Assembly: GCA_965223795.1 (NCBI GenBank)
Contig: CBDCXL010000002.1
Location: forward strand, 1,216,001-1,280,000
Direction: 5' to 3'
Origin: Nitrospinales bacterium
GTDB taxonomy: Bacteria; Nitrospinota; Nitrospinia; Nitrospinales; VA-1
DNA length: 64,000 nucleotides
Within the stretch, counting starts at the first letter, position 1. Every line of letters starts with the position of its first letter. The notes below the pieces were generated by a model, which was given only the letters and a program-made list of their open reading frames with translations, searched no databases and was not told where the DNA came from. A program made the translations under genes and the position numbers. Shown here one piece after another: positions 17,200 to 27,326 of the stretch.

Positions 17200-18663
17200 T
17201 CAACGGTTGACGATTTTTTTGAGCACGGCGCGGTCGGATGCGTCGAAGGCTTTGAGCAGCCACAACCCCACCGCATAGACTCCCGCCGCCAACACAACGC
17301 GAATCCCCAGAAGCAGAAATTCCACGGCGAGCAGCAGCGCCGCCATCGCCGCAGACGCGATGACAGGCTTCCACGCTATCCTGAAAAACGGCGCGCCTCC
17401 GAGAAAACCGCGCAGCATCGGCAGATACACCGCGAACAGCACGCACTGTGTGCCGGCCGCGACAGCGGCGGCTCCCATCACGCCCCAGCGCGGGATGGCG
17501 AGCGCCAGCGCAAGCGGACTGAGCAGGGCGCAGGCTCCGGCGGCTTTGAGCACCGAGTGGGTGCGGTGCCCGGAAACCAGAAGCGACGCAGCCAGGTCGT
17601 TCAGGCACAGAAACGGAAATCCCAGCGCCATGACGGCCAGGACGACGCCCGCGCCGGCGTAGCGTTCGCCGTAAACCAGATCGACAATCGGCGCCGCGCA
17701 CAGCGCCATGCCCGCGGCGAGGGGAACGGTGAGCAGCAGCAGGTAGCGTGCCGATTGCTCCCAGAGACGCGCGGAGGCGGCGGGGTCGTTTTTGAAACTT
17801 CTGGACAGCACGGGGTACAGCGCGAGGCGCACGCTGGCCATGAGCAGGGACAGGGCTTCGACCAGCTTGAACGCCGCCGCGTAGCGTCCGGTCTCGGTCT
17901 CGCCGATGAAAAAAAACACCAGCACGGCGTCGATGCGGAAACAGATGTAGGTGAACAGCACGACGCCGCAGACGGGTGCGGCCTGTTTGAGGATTTCACG
18001 GAGGCGCCGCCCACCGGCCGCGGCGGAGGGGAACAGGTGATGCCGGTGCAGCTGCCAGACGGCGAGCACGAGGCTGATGCAGGCGGCGAAGAAAAACGCC
18101 GCCGAGAATCCCACCACGTCCGCACCGCTTAAGAGGACGGCCAGCCCGAGAGCGAAAAACAACACCCGCGCCACAACGGTGAGGACGGAAACCCGCGCCA
18201 TCTCTTCGAATGCGCGGAACACGGCGAGGATCATGTCGGTGTAGCCGTGCACCATCAAGGCCAGCCCGATCAACAGCGCGACGGAGACGGCCTGCGCGGA
18301 AAGCCCAGAAAGCCGCAGCCCCACCGCCAGCAGAATCACCGTCAGGAGCGACAAACCCGCTTTGAGCGCGAACACGTTTTTCAAATACAGATGCGCCCGT
18401 TCGGGCCTGACGCTCACTTCGCGGGTCAGGTACAGGCCGAGGCCGGTGTCGATGAACACGGTGAGCGTCCCGGTCAGGGAAAAGGCGAAGGTGAAGACGC
18501 CGAACCCCGCCTCCCCCAGGTAGCGCGCGGCCACCACCTGGGTCAACAGCGCCAGCACTTTGGCGAGCGCTTCCGCGCCGAACAGCCACAGGGAATTCGT
18601 CACGACGCGGGCGGCGGTGTCGCCGCCTGCGGGAGCCAGGTGCTCCTGGGATTCATCGTTCAT
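17200..18663 (-). CDS. Wzx-like polysaccharide flippase
   Basis: NSLWL...ARYLGEAGFG, DTGL...REV, RIDAVL...GRYAAA; many TM helices. Confidence 0.9.
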   Translation of the reverse strand: MNDESQEHLAPAGGDTAARVVTNSLWLFGAEALAKVLALLTQVVAARYLGEAGFGVFTFAFSLTGTLTVFIDTGLGLYLTREVSVRPERAHLYLKNVFALKAGLSLLTVILLAVGLRLSGLSAQAVSVALLIGLALMVHGYTDMILAVFRAFEEMARVSVLTVVARVLFFALGLAVLLSGADVVGFSAAFFFAACISLVLAVWQLHRHHLFPSAAAGGRRLREILKQAAPVCGVVLFTYICFRIDAVLVFFFIGETETGRYAAAFKLVEALSLLMASVRLALYPVLSRSFKNDPAASARLWEQSARYLLLLTVPLAAGMALCAAPIVDLVYGERYAGAGVVLAVMALGFPFLCLNDLAASLLVSGHRTHSVLKAAGACALLSPLALALAIPRWGVMGAAAVAAGTQCVLFAVYLPMLRGFLGGAPFFRIAWKPVIASAAMAALLLAVEFLLLGIRVVLAAGVYAVGLWLLKAFDASDRAVLKKIVNR

Positions 18664-18701
18664 GCGCTTCTTTCAAAGGGGGGATGCGGCCCGTAAGGCG
18701 G

Positions 18702-20306
18702 TCACGAGGCGGCGGGTTCCTTGAGGCTCAGGCGTTTGAGATAGAGTAGCTCCATCGCGTTCATCTGAAAGCCCTGCACGCGCGATTTCATGAGCAGGTT
18801 CTGCACCTGGATGAAAAGCGGGATCATGGCGGCGTCGGTCTCGGTGAGCAGGGTCTGCGCCTCATCGTAGATGGCCTGGCGTTTTCCTTTGTCGCGCACG
18901 GTGGGCCCCTGCGCCACGAGAGCGTCGTAACGCGTATTGGCCCATTTGAGCCGGTTGTTGCCGCTGGTCGAGAGAAACAGATTCATGAAATTGTCCGGGT
19001 CGGGGAAATCCGCGCCCCAGCCGAGGCGGAAAATCTGCGGCGGGTCGGTCTGCAGGCGGCTCAGGAACACCTTCCACTCCAGGTTCTCGAACTCGATGTC
19101 CACGTTGAGGTGCTGTTTCCACTGGTCCTGCACGAACTCGGCGATGAGCCGGTTGCGGCTTTCGGAATTGAACAGCGCCACCGAACGGGGAAAGCCTTTG
19201 CCGCCGGGATAGCCCGCTTCGGCCAGCAGCCGTCTGGCTTTTTCGGGATCGAAGTGCGCGCCGATGTCCGGGTTGTAGGCGAACATGCCCTTGGGAATCC
19301 AGGACGCGGTGGGAATCTCGCCGCCCTTCAGGATGACGGGAATCCGGGAACGGTCGATGGCGTGCGCGAAGGCGCGGCGCACGCGCACGTCGTCGAACGG
19401 CGGCTTGGTCACGTTCATGCCGTAATAGTAGCCGCGCAGCTGCGGCAGTTTGCGGTATTCGGCATGGGTTTCGTAATGCGGGATGGCCACGGGAGGCAGT
19501 TCCACCAAATCCAGCTCGCCGGTCTCGTACAGGGTGAGCGCCGTGGTGGGCTCCTCCACCACGTACACCTCGACGGTGTCGATGGGCGGTTTTCCCTCGA
19601 AGTGCCGCTCGTTCGCCTTGAGCACGAGCTTGTATTCGTGCTGCCATTCCTTGAGCAGGTACGGCCCGTTGGTGACGATGTTCTCCGGGTCGGTCCAGTT
19701 GTCGCCGTGGCGGGTGACGACGTCCTCGCGCTGCGGGTAAGTCACCATGAAGGTGGTGATACTGGGAAAATACACCACCGGCTTTTTGAGTTTCACCTCC
19801 AGCACGGTGTCGGACAACGCGCGCACGCCGACTTTACCGGGGTCGGTGACCGTGCCGGCGTTGTACTCGGCGGCGTTTTCGATGTCGAACAGAAAGTAGG
19901 CGTACTGGGCGGCGGTTTTGGGATTGAGCAGCCGCTTCCAGGAATACTCGAAATCCTTCGCGGTGACGGGCACGCCGTCGCTCCAATACACGTCGTCGCG
20001 CAAATAATAAGTGATGGTTTTGCCGTCTTCGGAAAACTTCCATTCCTTGGCCACCGCCGGGACGGCCTTGAGGTCGGCGGTGTACTGGGTGAGGCCTTCC
20101 ATCAGGTTGGTGAGGATGTTGAAGGAGATGCTGTCGGTGGCCAGGGTCCAGTCCAGGGTCGGCGGGTTGGCGCGCACCGACATGCGGAAGGTATCGGTAT
20201 TCCGGACTCCGGCATCGGCGCAGGCGAGAAGATTCGCCAGTAAGAACAATCGGGTGCAGGCCCACAGGATCGACGCCAGGGAACGTGGCAGCGCAGCGGA
20301 TTTCAT
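18702..20306 (-). CDS. Peptide ABC transporter substrate-binding lipoprotein (OppA-like)
   Basis: LLAC lipobox, WSDGVPVTAKDF, TNGPY, PFDDVRVRRAF, GWGADFPDP. Start uncertain (20306 or 20318). Confidence 0.92.
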   Translation of the reverse strand: MKSAALPRSLASILWACTRLFLLANLLACADAGVRNTDTFRMSVRANPPTLDWTLATDSISFNILTNLMEGLTQYTADLKAVPAVAKEWKFSEDGKTITYYLRDDVYWSDGVPVTAKDFEYSWKRLLNPKTAAQYAYFLFDIENAAEYNAGTVTDPGKVGVRALSDTVLEVKLKKPVVYFPSITTFMVTYPQREDVVTRHGDNWTDPENIVTNGPYLLKEWQHEYKLVLKANERHFEGKPPIDTVEVYVVEEPTTALTLYETGELDLVELPPVAIPHYETHAEYRKLPQLRGYYYGMNVTKPPFDDVRVRRAFAHAIDRSRIPVILKGGEIPTASWIPKGMFAYNPDIGAHFDPEKARRLLAEAGYPGGKGFPRSVALFNSESRNRLIAEFVQDQWKQHLNVDIEFENLEWKVFLSRLQTDPPQIFRLGWGADFPDPDNFMNLFLSTSGNNRLKWANTRYDALVAQGPTVRDKGKRQAIYDEAQTLLTETDAAMIPLFIQVQNLLMKSRVQGFQMNAMELLYLKRLSLKEPAAS

Positions 20307-20451
20307 GCGCGTCAGCATACCATGAGCCCCGGTTTGTGGAAAGCCGGGGACGCGGCATCGCGCGCCCGAATCCACCGGGCGGCACGTGGATATTAATTCT
20401 TTACTTTTCAAGGGACATCGATAGAATGAAATGTTTTAATCCCGGACACAC

Positions 20452-21117
20452 ATGGCAGACGACCTTTCCTACATCCGCAAATGGCTCAAGCGCGGCCTGA
20501 GCAAGGACAAGCGCACGCTCGATCTTTCCGGAAAAGGCATCGACAACCTGATCGCAATGGAAATCGCCGAAAACATGGCGGTGCCGGATCTGGAGATCCT
20601 CTACCTGCACACCAACCGCATCAAGGATCCCGGCCTGGAAGAGCTGGCCGAATCGGATCTCGTCGAACCGTTGCGCGAGTTGTGGCTGTACGAGAACAAG
20701 ATCGGCGACGACGGCGCCGCGGCCCTGGCGGATTCCTCGAAAATCATCCGCCTCAAATACCTCAGTCTGTACACCAACCGGATCGGCGATGCGGGTGCGG
20801 AGGCGCTGGCCGAGTCGGGCGCGCTGGCGCAGCTGGAAACGCTGGACCTTTCCTTCAACCGCATCGGCGACGCCGGTGCGGAAGCGCTGGCGAACTCGAC
20901 GAAACTGAAAAACCTCAAGGTGCTGCATCTGGACGCCAACCGCATCGGCCTCAAAGGCATGCGCGCCCTGGCCGATGCCAAAGGCCTCAAGCGGCTGACG
21001 ACGCTCAACCTGGTGTACAACAAGATCGAGCCTTTGGGCCTGGAGCTGATGCGCGACTCGGAGCGTCTCAAAAGCCTGGACGTTCTCAAAACCGATTTGT
21101 TCCAAGCCGATGATTGA
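20452..21117 (+). CDS. Leucine-rich repeat protein (ribonuclease-inhibitor-type LRR)
   Basis: Repeated 28-aa units LxxLxLxxNxIGDxGAxALA. Confidence 0.9.
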   Translation: MADDLSYIRKWLKRGLSKDKRTLDLSGKGIDNLIAMEIAENMAVPDLEILYLHTNRIKDPGLEELAESDLVEPLRELWLYENKIGDDGAAALADSSKIIRLKYLSLYTNRIGDAGAEALAESGALAQLETLDLSFNRIGDAGAEALANSTKLKNLKVLHLDANRIGLKGMRALADAKGLKRLTTLNLVYNKIEPLGLELMRDSERLKSLDVLKTDLFQADD

Positions 21118-22591
21118 AGAAGGCAGCAAGGACGCAGCGAAACAGGACCTACGCCGGGTCCGCAACCTGCGTGAACAGGCGGAACGCGGCGGCCCGGTGC
21201 TCAACCTGAGCTACGAACGGCTGGGAGACGCGGGTCTGGTGCTGCTCACGCGGACGTTCGACCTGTCCCATGTCCGCACGCTCGATCTGAGCTGGAACGA
21301 AATCACCGGCACGGGCCTTGCAACGCTGTGCGACTGCACCTCGCTCGGTGGGCTGAAAACGCTGATCCTCGACGCCAATCGCATCGGCGATGCGGGCGCG
21401 AATGCACTTGCGGCGGCGCATTTCCCGAATCTGGAAACGGTGAGCCTGGTGCAAAACCGGGTGGGCGACGACGGCGCGCTGCACCTGATCAAATCGAAAA
21501 CGCTCGCCAATCTGAGACGGCTGGATCTGGAACTCAACCGCATCGGCCGTTCCCGGCTTTCCCGCTTTCCCGACGGCGCGGCGAACCCGGCGCTCAAATT
21601 TCTCAACCTCCGGCGCAACGCCATCGAAGATGAAACGCTTGCCGACTGGATTCCCACAGGCGCGTTCGCGCCTATCGAACAGCTCAACCTCGGCTGGAAT
21701 CAGATCGGCGACAGCGGTGCCGCAAAGCTGGCGGCGGCGCCGACGCTGGCCGATTTGAAAGAACTGTTTCTCGATTCCAATGCGATCGGCGATGCCGGCG
21801 CGAAAGCGCTGGCGGATTCAAAATACCTTGCCGCCCTTTCCAGGCTGCATCTTTTCGACAATGCGTTTTCCCGCGAAGGCGAGCGCGCGTTGTTGGACCT
21901 GCACGCGCGGGCGCTGCTGCGCGACTGCCTGCGCGACGGCGTTCTCGATTGCAACGAACGCGGTCTCGGCGCCAAGGACCTCGAAGCGCTGGTGCGATCG
22001 CAGGGATTCGCCGAGGTGACCGCGCTTTCGCTCAGAGGCAACGGGCTCGACCATAACGCCATGCGGGCGCTGGCCGCGGCGGGCGCGCAGCTCACGTCGC
22101 TCAACCTGATGGGCAATCCCATCGGCAACAAGGGGGCGGTGATTCTGGCGGAATCGAACGCGGGATTGAAAACGCTCAATCTGGAACGCACCGGCATCCG
22201 CGCCGCCGGGTGTCTGGCGCTGGCCCGGTCGAAAACCCTGCAGGCACTGGAAACGCTCCATTTAAGCGGCAACGATCTCAGCGCCAAAGGCATCCGCCAT
22301 CTGGGAGGTTCTTCCACGCTTGCCAAACTCAAACGCCTGAACGCCACGGACGTGGCGATGGGCGATGCCGGGTTCGTGTCGCTGGTGCAATCGGATCATC
22401 TGGGGAATCTGGAGGAACTGACGCTCAACGGCAACGGCATCACGCGCGCGGGAATCGAAGCGTTCGCGCGCGCGTCGAACCTTGTGTCTCTGAAAAAGCT
22501 CGATCTCAGGCGCAACGATTTCAGATCCGAGGACTGCTTTTTCATGGCCGATTCGCCGCGGTTTCAGAAACTGGAGCGGCTCAGGTTCTGA
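21110..22591 (+). CDS. Leucine-rich repeat protein (RI-type), two LRR arcs
   Basis: About 15 LxxLxLxxNxIG units; overlaps the stop of the upstream LRR gene. Confidence 0.9.
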   Translation: MIEEGSKDAAKQDLRRVRNLREQAERGGPVLNLSYERLGDAGLVLLTRTFDLSHVRTLDLSWNEITGTGLATLCDCTSLGGLKTLILDANRIGDAGANALAAAHFPNLETVSLVQNRVGDDGALHLIKSKTLANLRRLDLELNRIGRSRLSRFPDGAANPALKFLNLRRNAIEDETLADWIPTGAFAPIEQLNLGWNQIGDSGAAKLAAAPTLADLKELFLDSNAIGDAGAKALADSKYLAALSRLHLFDNAFSREGERALLDLHARALLRDCLRDGVLDCNERGLGAKDLEALVRSQGFAEVTALSLRGNGLDHNAMRALAAAGAQLTSLNLMGNPIGNKGAVILAESNAGLKTLNLERTGIRAAGCLALARSKTLQALETLHLSGNDLSAKGIRHLGGSSTLAKLKRLNATDVAMGDAGFVSLVQSDHLGNLEELTLNGNGITRAGIEAFARASNLVSLKKLDLRRNDFRSEDCFFMADSPRFQKLERLRF

Positions 22592-22671
22592 CGCGCTGAT
22601 TGGAAATCCTACCGGAGTGTGTTCGAAGGCCGATCTTGTCCGGGGACGACGGCTTTGCCCGAGCGGGCAAT

Positions 22672-22941
22672 TTATTTTCCGCTGGCGGCGAACCCTTTTT
22701 GCGCGACGCCGCTCCAGCCTTTGTTCTTCATGCAGTAGTTGAAAATCTCCTGCCACTTGAGGGTCCAGGTGATGCCGCCGACGCCGAAACCCCGCGAAGC
22801 GGTGTCGGCTTTCTCGTTGCAGGCAGCGGTGTCGAGGGCGAGCTGTCTTTCCTGTTCCTGGGTCAGGGATTGGCGGGGGGGTGCGGAGGCGCAGTGGGCC
22901 AACAGCAGGGCACAGACCAGAATCAGGAGTGTTTTGGGCAT
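22672..22941 (-). CDS. Small lipoprotein of unknown function
   Basis: Lipobox-like LLAHC; C...YCMKNKGW pattern; GAGGA RBS. Confidence 0.7.
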   Translation of the reverse strand: MPKTLLILVCALLLAHCASAPPRQSLTQEQERQLALDTAACNEKADTASRGFGVGGITWTLKWQEIFNYCMKNKGWSGVAQKGFAASGK

Positions 22942-23144
22942 AGGTCCTCATCCGACCCTCCCAGCTCCCCTCTGGCAACGGGCCTTCCTCCTCGTTTGGC
23001 GTCCCCTCTATCAATTTAACACAATTGTTGCCGGGGCTAGACGCCGATGTGACGCTGGAGATTTAACCTTAAAGTCAGGGGAGTATCCGGGCTGCGAATT
23101 CATCCTGCGGCTTCCAGACGATGACAAAACAGTTCATTTTATCA

Positions 23145-23157
23145 TAACCCATTGATT
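23145..23157 (-). promoter_or_regulatory. Candidate IHF-binding site
   Basis: AATCAATGGGTTA matches WATCAA-N4-TTR, next to an AT-rich tract. Confidence 0.35.
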
Positions 23158-23222
23158 TTATTAAATTATTTTACTACCCCGGCACGGCCGCAAGCGTTGC
23201 GTAAAAACGAAAGGGAACGATC

Positions 23223-23606
23223 ATGAAGACAGCGTCCATGATTAAAAAATTTTCGTTCGAAATCATCGTGTCGGGCCTGTTCGTTTTTCTGGTCACCTTT
23301 TACTTTGTTTTTCCCCCGGTCGGCAAGGCCGAGGGGCAGACCGCCGATGTGTTGAGCGCGAAGGTCATGAAGCTTTACGACGCCGGAAATTACGCGCAAG
23401 CGGTGCCTTTGGCCCAAAAAGTACTGAGAATCCGCGAGAACACGCAGGGCGCGGAACATCCGGACGTGGCCACCGCGCTGCAGACGCTGGCGGGCATTTA
23501 CCAGGCGGTGGGCGATTATGAAACCGCCGCGCCGCTGGATCAGCGGGCGCTGGAAATCCTGAAAAAACACGAAGCGTCCGCACCGGCATCAGAACCCGCC
23601 TCCTGA
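23223..23606 (+). CDS. Exported TPR protein (kinesin-light-chain-type TPR)
   Basis: N-terminal hydrophobic segment; GAEHPDVATALQTLAGIYQAVGDYETAAPLDQRALEI. Confidence 0.8.
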   Translation: MKTASMIKKFSFEIIVSGLFVFLVTFYFVFPPVGKAEGQTADVLSAKVMKLYDAGNYAQAVPLAQKVLRIRENTQGAEHPDVATALQTLAGIYQAVGDYETAAPLDQRALEILKKHEASAPASEPAS

Positions 23607-23679
23607 CAGTCCGGGCTTTTCCAGCCCTTTTGCGTGACCCTCCCTGATTTTCCCCGCCTTATTGCGGCTTGCATCGCGG

Positions 23680-23708
23680 TTGACAAGTGGCGTGAGCTGA
23701 AATAAATT
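23680..23708 (+). promoter_or_regulatory. sigma70-type promoter
   Basis: TTGACA-N17-TAAATT. Confidence 0.6.
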
Positions 23709-23902
23709 GTAGGGTATCCCAAAGGTTCGACGAGGACCTCCACTGTTTCGAACAATTTCTTTAAGGCCGCTCACGGGCCGCGACTTCAAAAGGCCCTTCC
23801 CAGACCTGAGCCACGCATTCAGAAGCACATACTGGGTCAAACGTATTCACCGGGACGCCGGGGTGAGCGATGCCGATCGACAACCTCAACAGGGGAAGTG
23901 AA

Positions 23903-24472
23903 ATGAAACTTAAAACGCGAGTGTGCGCCGGACTGGTTTTCGCGTTCGCGGTCGCTTTATCGGGCTGCAACCAGGGTGCGGAGCAGAAAAAAGAAGGCCC
24001 CACGACGTCCGAGAGCAGCGTGAAAGAGGGACAGCCCCCTTCCGCTCTGGCGGGGATCAAAAAGGAAGTGAAGGAAACCACCGAAAAGGTCGTGGAGAAG
24101 GTGGAAGAAACGACGGAAAAGGTGGCTGAGAATATCGAAGAAAAAACCGACCAGGCGGTGGGCATGATCGCCAAGCTGGCCAACAGCGGCGCGCTTCTGG
24201 TACCGATTGAAACCGACGGCGGACCGGAAAACAACGAAGGCGTCGGCCACTACAAGGAAGGTCACTGGGAGGTTTCCGAAAAGCATTTCCGCAAAGCGCT
24301 GGAAGCAAATTCCGAACTTCCGGAGGCGCATTACAATCTGGCTCTGACTCTGGACAAGCTGGACAAGCACCAGGAAGCCACCAACCACTTCGAGACCGCC
24401 CTGGATCTCGATCCGGACAATCCCAAGATCCGCGACTCGGAAATTTTGCAGGACCATGTGGGCGGCAGCTGA
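23903..24472 (+). CDS. TPR-containing lipoprotein
   Basis: Lipobox LSGC; E/K-rich helix; TPR motif EAHYNLALTL...ALDLDPDN. Confidence 0.85.
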   Translation: MKLKTRVCAGLVFAFAVALSGCNQGAEQKKEGPTTSESSVKEGQPPSALAGIKKEVKETTEKVVEKVEETTEKVAENIEEKTDQAVGMIAKLANSGALLVPIETDGGPENNEGVGHYKEGHWEVSEKHFRKALEANSELPEAHYNLALTLDKLDKHQEATNHFETALDLDPDNPKIRDSEILQDHVGGS

Positions 24473-24484
24473 CCGGCCCGCGCG

Positions 24485-25276
24485 CTATTCCCGCGGGGTT
24501 TCCATTTTGCGGGCGATGAACAGGTGGTTCTGCACGAACGGCCGAAACACCGCCGCCAGGGCGGTATCGGCGGCGTTGTAGGCCTTGACGAAGGCGGCGC
24601 TGTTTTTCATTCCGGCGGGCAGCCGTGCAAGCTCGTTACGCGGCAGGAATGCGTAGGAGCGGAGGCTCTCCAGCTTGAGCCCGGAGTCCCGGCACAAACG
24701 GCGGATGCCCGCGTGCGTGAACTTGTAGGGATGCTGGTGCTTGGAGGGAAACAGGCGGACGAGCGTTTCGATCCAGCTGAACCTGTTGGGAAAATGAAAG
24801 CACAAAAACCGGCCGCCGGGTTTTAAGATGCGGCGGATTTCCAGCAGGCTTTTCACCTCGTCGCCGCCGTGCTGGCGCACGTGTTCGAGCACCCCAACAG
24901 ACACCACCGCGTCGAACGTCTCCGCTTCATAAGGCAGCGCCACCGGATCGCCGTCACTCTCCCGGTAGCGGTAGGTTTCCGGGTAGCGGCTCTCCAGTGT
25001 CCTGGGAACCGGGCAGCCTTGGGGATTGTAATCGTCCGCGGAGACGACGTTGAAACCTTCGGCGCGGTAGCCCTGGTGCAGCAGAAACGCGCTGAAATGA
25101 CCGTCGCCGCAGCCCCAGTCCAGCACCCTCGCACCCGATTCGACCATTCGCGTTACATATTCGTAAACGATCCAGTACTGCGCGGCGGTGGCGGGATTGT
25201 CGAACCGGGGCAGGTTCCATTCGTTGAGCTGCGGGTACACCTCCATCCAGCGGCGTTCGCGTTCACTCCACGGCAT
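24485..25276 (-). CDS. Class I SAM-dependent methyltransferase
   Basis: VLDWGCGDG, LPYEAETFD, VLEHV, RILKPGG. Confidence 0.9.
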   Translation of the reverse strand: MPWSERERRWMEVYPQLNEWNLPRFDNPATAAQYWIVYEYVTRMVESGARVLDWGCGDGHFSAFLLHQGYRAEGFNVVSADDYNPQGCPVPRTLESRYPETYRYRESDGDPVALPYEAETFDAVVSVGVLEHVRQHGGDEVKSLLEIRRILKPGGRFLCFHFPNRFSWIETLVRLFPSKHQHPYKFTHAGIRRLCRDSGLKLESLRSYAFLPRNELARLPAGMKNSAAFVKAYNAADTALAAVFRPFVQNHLFIARKMETPRE

Positions 25277-25301
25277 GCGGCTTCCTTTTCACGAATCAGG
25301 C

Positions 25302-25335
25302 AAAAAAAAGCCCGCAGGGTGAAAACCCCGCGGGC
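25302..25335 (-). terminator. Rho-independent terminator after the NuoF-like gene
   Basis: Minus strand GCCCGCGGGG-TTTTCA-CCCTGCGGGC followed by a U-tract. Confidence 0.8.
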
Positions 25336-25353
25336 CGGAAAATCTTAAAATCG

Positions 25354-27180
25354 TCAGAGGATCGCCAGGAAATTGCAGGCCTCGTAACAGGCGTTGCAGT
25401 TGATGCACAGATCCATGTCGATGTGCGCGGCGACTTTGCGGGTGCCGCCGGTGATGGCGCCGGTGGGACAGGGCTTGATGCAGGCCCCGCAGGCGACGCA
25501 CTCTTCCTCTTTCACGTAGTAGCGGTACAGCCCGGTGCATTTGGCGGCGTCGCAGATCTGATCGACGATGTGGCGCTCGTATTCCTTGCGGAAATACTTG
25601 ATGCCGGTCAGCACGCATTTGACCGCCGTTTCGCCGAGACCGCACAACGATGTGACGTTGATCTCCTCGCACAGGGCCTCGAGTTTGTCGAGGTCTTCCA
25701 TCTTGCCGCGGCCCTCGGAGATGTCGTCGAGCTTGTTCTTGATCAGCGACAGGCCGATTCTGCAGGGCGTGCATTTACCACAAGTCTCGCCTTCGTTGAA
25801 GCCCATGGAAAACTTGGCCAGGTCGATCACGCAGGCGGAATTGTCGTAGGCGGAAAAGCTCGCCTGCCCCATCAGCACGCCGGCGTCGAGCAGGCTCTCG
25901 TAGTCCATGGTGATGTCGGCCTTCTCCGGAGGCAGGAACCCGCCGGTGACGCCGCCCACATGGATGACCTTGAGTTCTTTTTTCTTCACGATGCCGCCGC
26001 AGATGTCGTCGATGACCTGGCGGAAGGTGAGCCCCATGTCGAGCTCCATCAGTCCGTTGTACTTGAGGTTGCCGGCGATGGCCCAGGTCTTGACGCCCTT
26101 GGCGTTGGGTGTGCCGAATCCGCCGTACCAGTCGGCGCCCTTGCGGATGATGGGCGGCACGGACGCCCAGGTCTCGGCGTTGTTGAGCAGCGTCGGCCGG
26201 CCCCACAGTCCCTTTTCGGTGGAGTGCGGCGGCTGCGCCTTGGGAAAGGGCCGCTTGCCTTCGATGGAGGCCATGAGCGCGGTGGATTCGCCGCCGATGA
26301 ACGCCTCGATGCCTTCGTGGATGGAGATGTCGATGGAAAAATCGGTGCCCAGGATGTTCTTGCCGAGCAGGTTGCGCTCCTTGGCCTGCTCGATCGCCAT
26401 GTTGAGCCGCTTCACGGCGATGGCGTAATCGGAACGGGTGTAGATGATGCCTTCGGTCGCGCCGATGGCGTAAGCGCCGATGATGAGGCCTTCGAGCATC
26501 TGGTGCGGGCTGCCTTCCATGACGCTGCGGTCCATGTAGGAGGCCGGGTTGCCTTCGTCGCCGTTGACCAGGATGTAGCGCACGCCGTCGGGCGTGAACG
26601 CCTTGGAGGCTTTCTCCCATTTGTGGCCGGTGACGAAACCGCCGCCGCCCTTGCCGCGCAGGCCGGATTTTTTGATCTCTTCGATCACTTCGGCGGGCTT
26701 CATGCCGGTGATGACTTTCTTCAGCGCCTCGTAGCCGCCGACGGCGATGTATTCGTCGATGTTTTCCGGATCGATGGCGCCGCCGAATTCCATGGCCACG
26801 CGGTCCTGCTTTTTGAGCTGCTCGTAATAGTCTTCCTTGGCGGCGGCCTTCTTGAACACCTTGCCGCCGACAATATGATCCTTGAGGATCTTGGAGACCA
26901 TGTCGGGCTTCACTTTTTCGTAGGTGACGCGCGGCTCACCGGGGACGTACACGTCCACCAGGACATCGCGGCTGCAGTAACCGCGGCAGCCCACCTGGCC
27001 CATGTTGCACTGCCGGTCGCCCAGCTCGGCGTTGGCTTCCATGGCGGCGATCTGTTTTTCGAATTCCGCGTACACTTCCTTGCCGCCCTCGGCCACGCCG
27101 CTCAGGCTGAGGCAGACGGTGATTTTGACCGTACCTTGTTTTTCCGCAGTCGCTTGGGCTTGTTCCTGAACCGCTTCCAT
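25354..27180 (-). CDS. Extended NuoF/HydB/HndC-type NAD(P)H:flavin Fe-S subunit
   Basis: GLRGKGGGGF, NGDEGNP, GGESTAL, PTLLNNAET, CGKCTPC...SLCGLG; N-terminal thioredoxin-like Fe-S domain; C-terminal 2x CxxCxxCxxxC. Confidence 0.93.
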   Translation of the reverse strand: MEAVQEQAQATAEKQGTVKITVCLSLSGVAEGGKEVYAEFEKQIAAMEANAELGDRQCNMGQVGCRGYCSRDVLVDVYVPGEPRVTYEKVKPDMVSKILKDHIVGGKVFKKAAAKEDYYEQLKKQDRVAMEFGGAIDPENIDEYIAVGGYEALKKVITGMKPAEVIEEIKKSGLRGKGGGGFVTGHKWEKASKAFTPDGVRYILVNGDEGNPASYMDRSVMEGSPHQMLEGLIIGAYAIGATEGIIYTRSDYAIAVKRLNMAIEQAKERNLLGKNILGTDFSIDISIHEGIEAFIGGESTALMASIEGKRPFPKAQPPHSTEKGLWGRPTLLNNAETWASVPPIIRKGADWYGGFGTPNAKGVKTWAIAGNLKYNGLMELDMGLTFRQVIDDICGGIVKKKELKVIHVGGVTGGFLPPEKADITMDYESLLDAGVLMGQASFSAYDNSACVIDLAKFSMGFNEGETCGKCTPCRIGLSLIKNKLDDISEGRGKMEDLDKLEALCEEINVTSLCGLGETAVKCVLTGIKYFRKEYERHIVDQICDAAKCTGLYRYYVKEEECVACGACIKPCPTGAITGGTRKVAAHIDMDLCINCNACYEACNFLAIL

Positions 27181-27326
27181 TTGATAGGATCTCCTAAAAA
27201 AGCATGGACCCGAATTTGATTTATTGAGATTGCCTCCCGACGGGGGAGCGCATCCGATTCAAACCGTTTGATAACCTATGATTTTAACATCAATCGGCTT
27301 CCCCACCTAGCCGGAAAACCCTTCCG

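Noticed and set aside
27269..27294. FNR/CRP box in the NuoF-like leader
   Set aside because: TTGAT and ATCAA are 16 bp apart, not 4.
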